Origin: Lingula anatina
Taxonomy: Eukaryota > Animalia > Brachiopoda
Assembly: GCA_051362555.1 (NCBI GenBank)
Contig: CM120645.1
Location: 4,836,001 to 4,900,000 of the forward strand
Direction of reading: 5' to 3'
Length of the DNA: 64,000 bases
Shown here: one piece after another, positions 63,656 to 64,000 of the stretch
How the letters are laid out: the number at the start of each line of letters is the position of its first letter
How positions within the stretch are numbered: the first letter of the stretch is position 1
The notes under the pieces: model-generated
The model's database searches: none
What the model was told of the DNA's origin: nothing
Seen by the model: only the letters and a program-made list of their open reading frames with translations
Position numbers and translations under genes: made by a program

Positions 63656-63661
63656 AATAAA
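63656..63661 (+). terminator. Candidate polyadenylation signal in the 3' UTR
   Basis: AATAAA about 1 kb after the stop codon, with a T/GT-rich stretch near 63700. Confidence 0.3.
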
Positions 63662-64000
63662 CATGCAGACATGCACAATTTTTTCATGCATGGACCTCAG
63701 TTTTGTGTCAACTTGTTTTGTCATTAGGACCATTACATTCCTACAAAATTTCTTGATCCTAAGAACCTTTCAGTGTGGCCAACATATTCTGAGTGGAACT
63801 ATACCATGTGAAAATTAGGAAATTTATAACACTTTGAATACTTATTGGATCCATATTTCTTAGGCAGTTGTCTGTGCCACTCTCCTGTCTACTTTTGCCA
63901 TTCTCAGATTGTGAAAGGCTGTCTTTCATATACTTGACCATTTAAAACTAACTTACCTCCCACATTGAACAAAAGATAATTCCAAGACCATTTTGCCCGC

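Overview
AT-rich animal (invertebrate-type) genomic DNA, not prokaryotic. Most of the window is one intron-rich + strand gene, a FRMD4A/FRMD4B-family protein (FERM domain, then CUPID/cytohesin-binding coiled coil, then a long disordered S/P/Q/H-rich tail ending in -SEV). I traced 22 phase-compatible GT-AG coding exons from 12614 to the stop at 62636 (4017 nt, about 1338 aa with every exon included). Almost all short ORFs in the supplied track are spurious or are fragments of these exons. The introns and 5' region contain several non-autonomous DNA transposons (MITEs), a truncated retroposon tail, a Helitron/Helentron-like end and many microsatellites. The most interesting signals concern splicing: (1) a 39-bp tandem array that copies the exon-3 splice donor five times, where any downstream donor adds an in-frame TAA; (2) candidate alternative first coding exons, one of which would remove FERM lobe F1; (3) a 105-nt frame-neutral insert in FERM lobe F3; (4) a 27-nt microexon next to a TGCATG cluster; (5) a possible alternative C-terminus; (6) an intronic M-box cluster that could drive a FERM-less isoform. 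I see no rRNA, intact tRNA, CRISPR array, autonomous transposase or new multi-gene system. All isoform claims are inferences that need transcript data.
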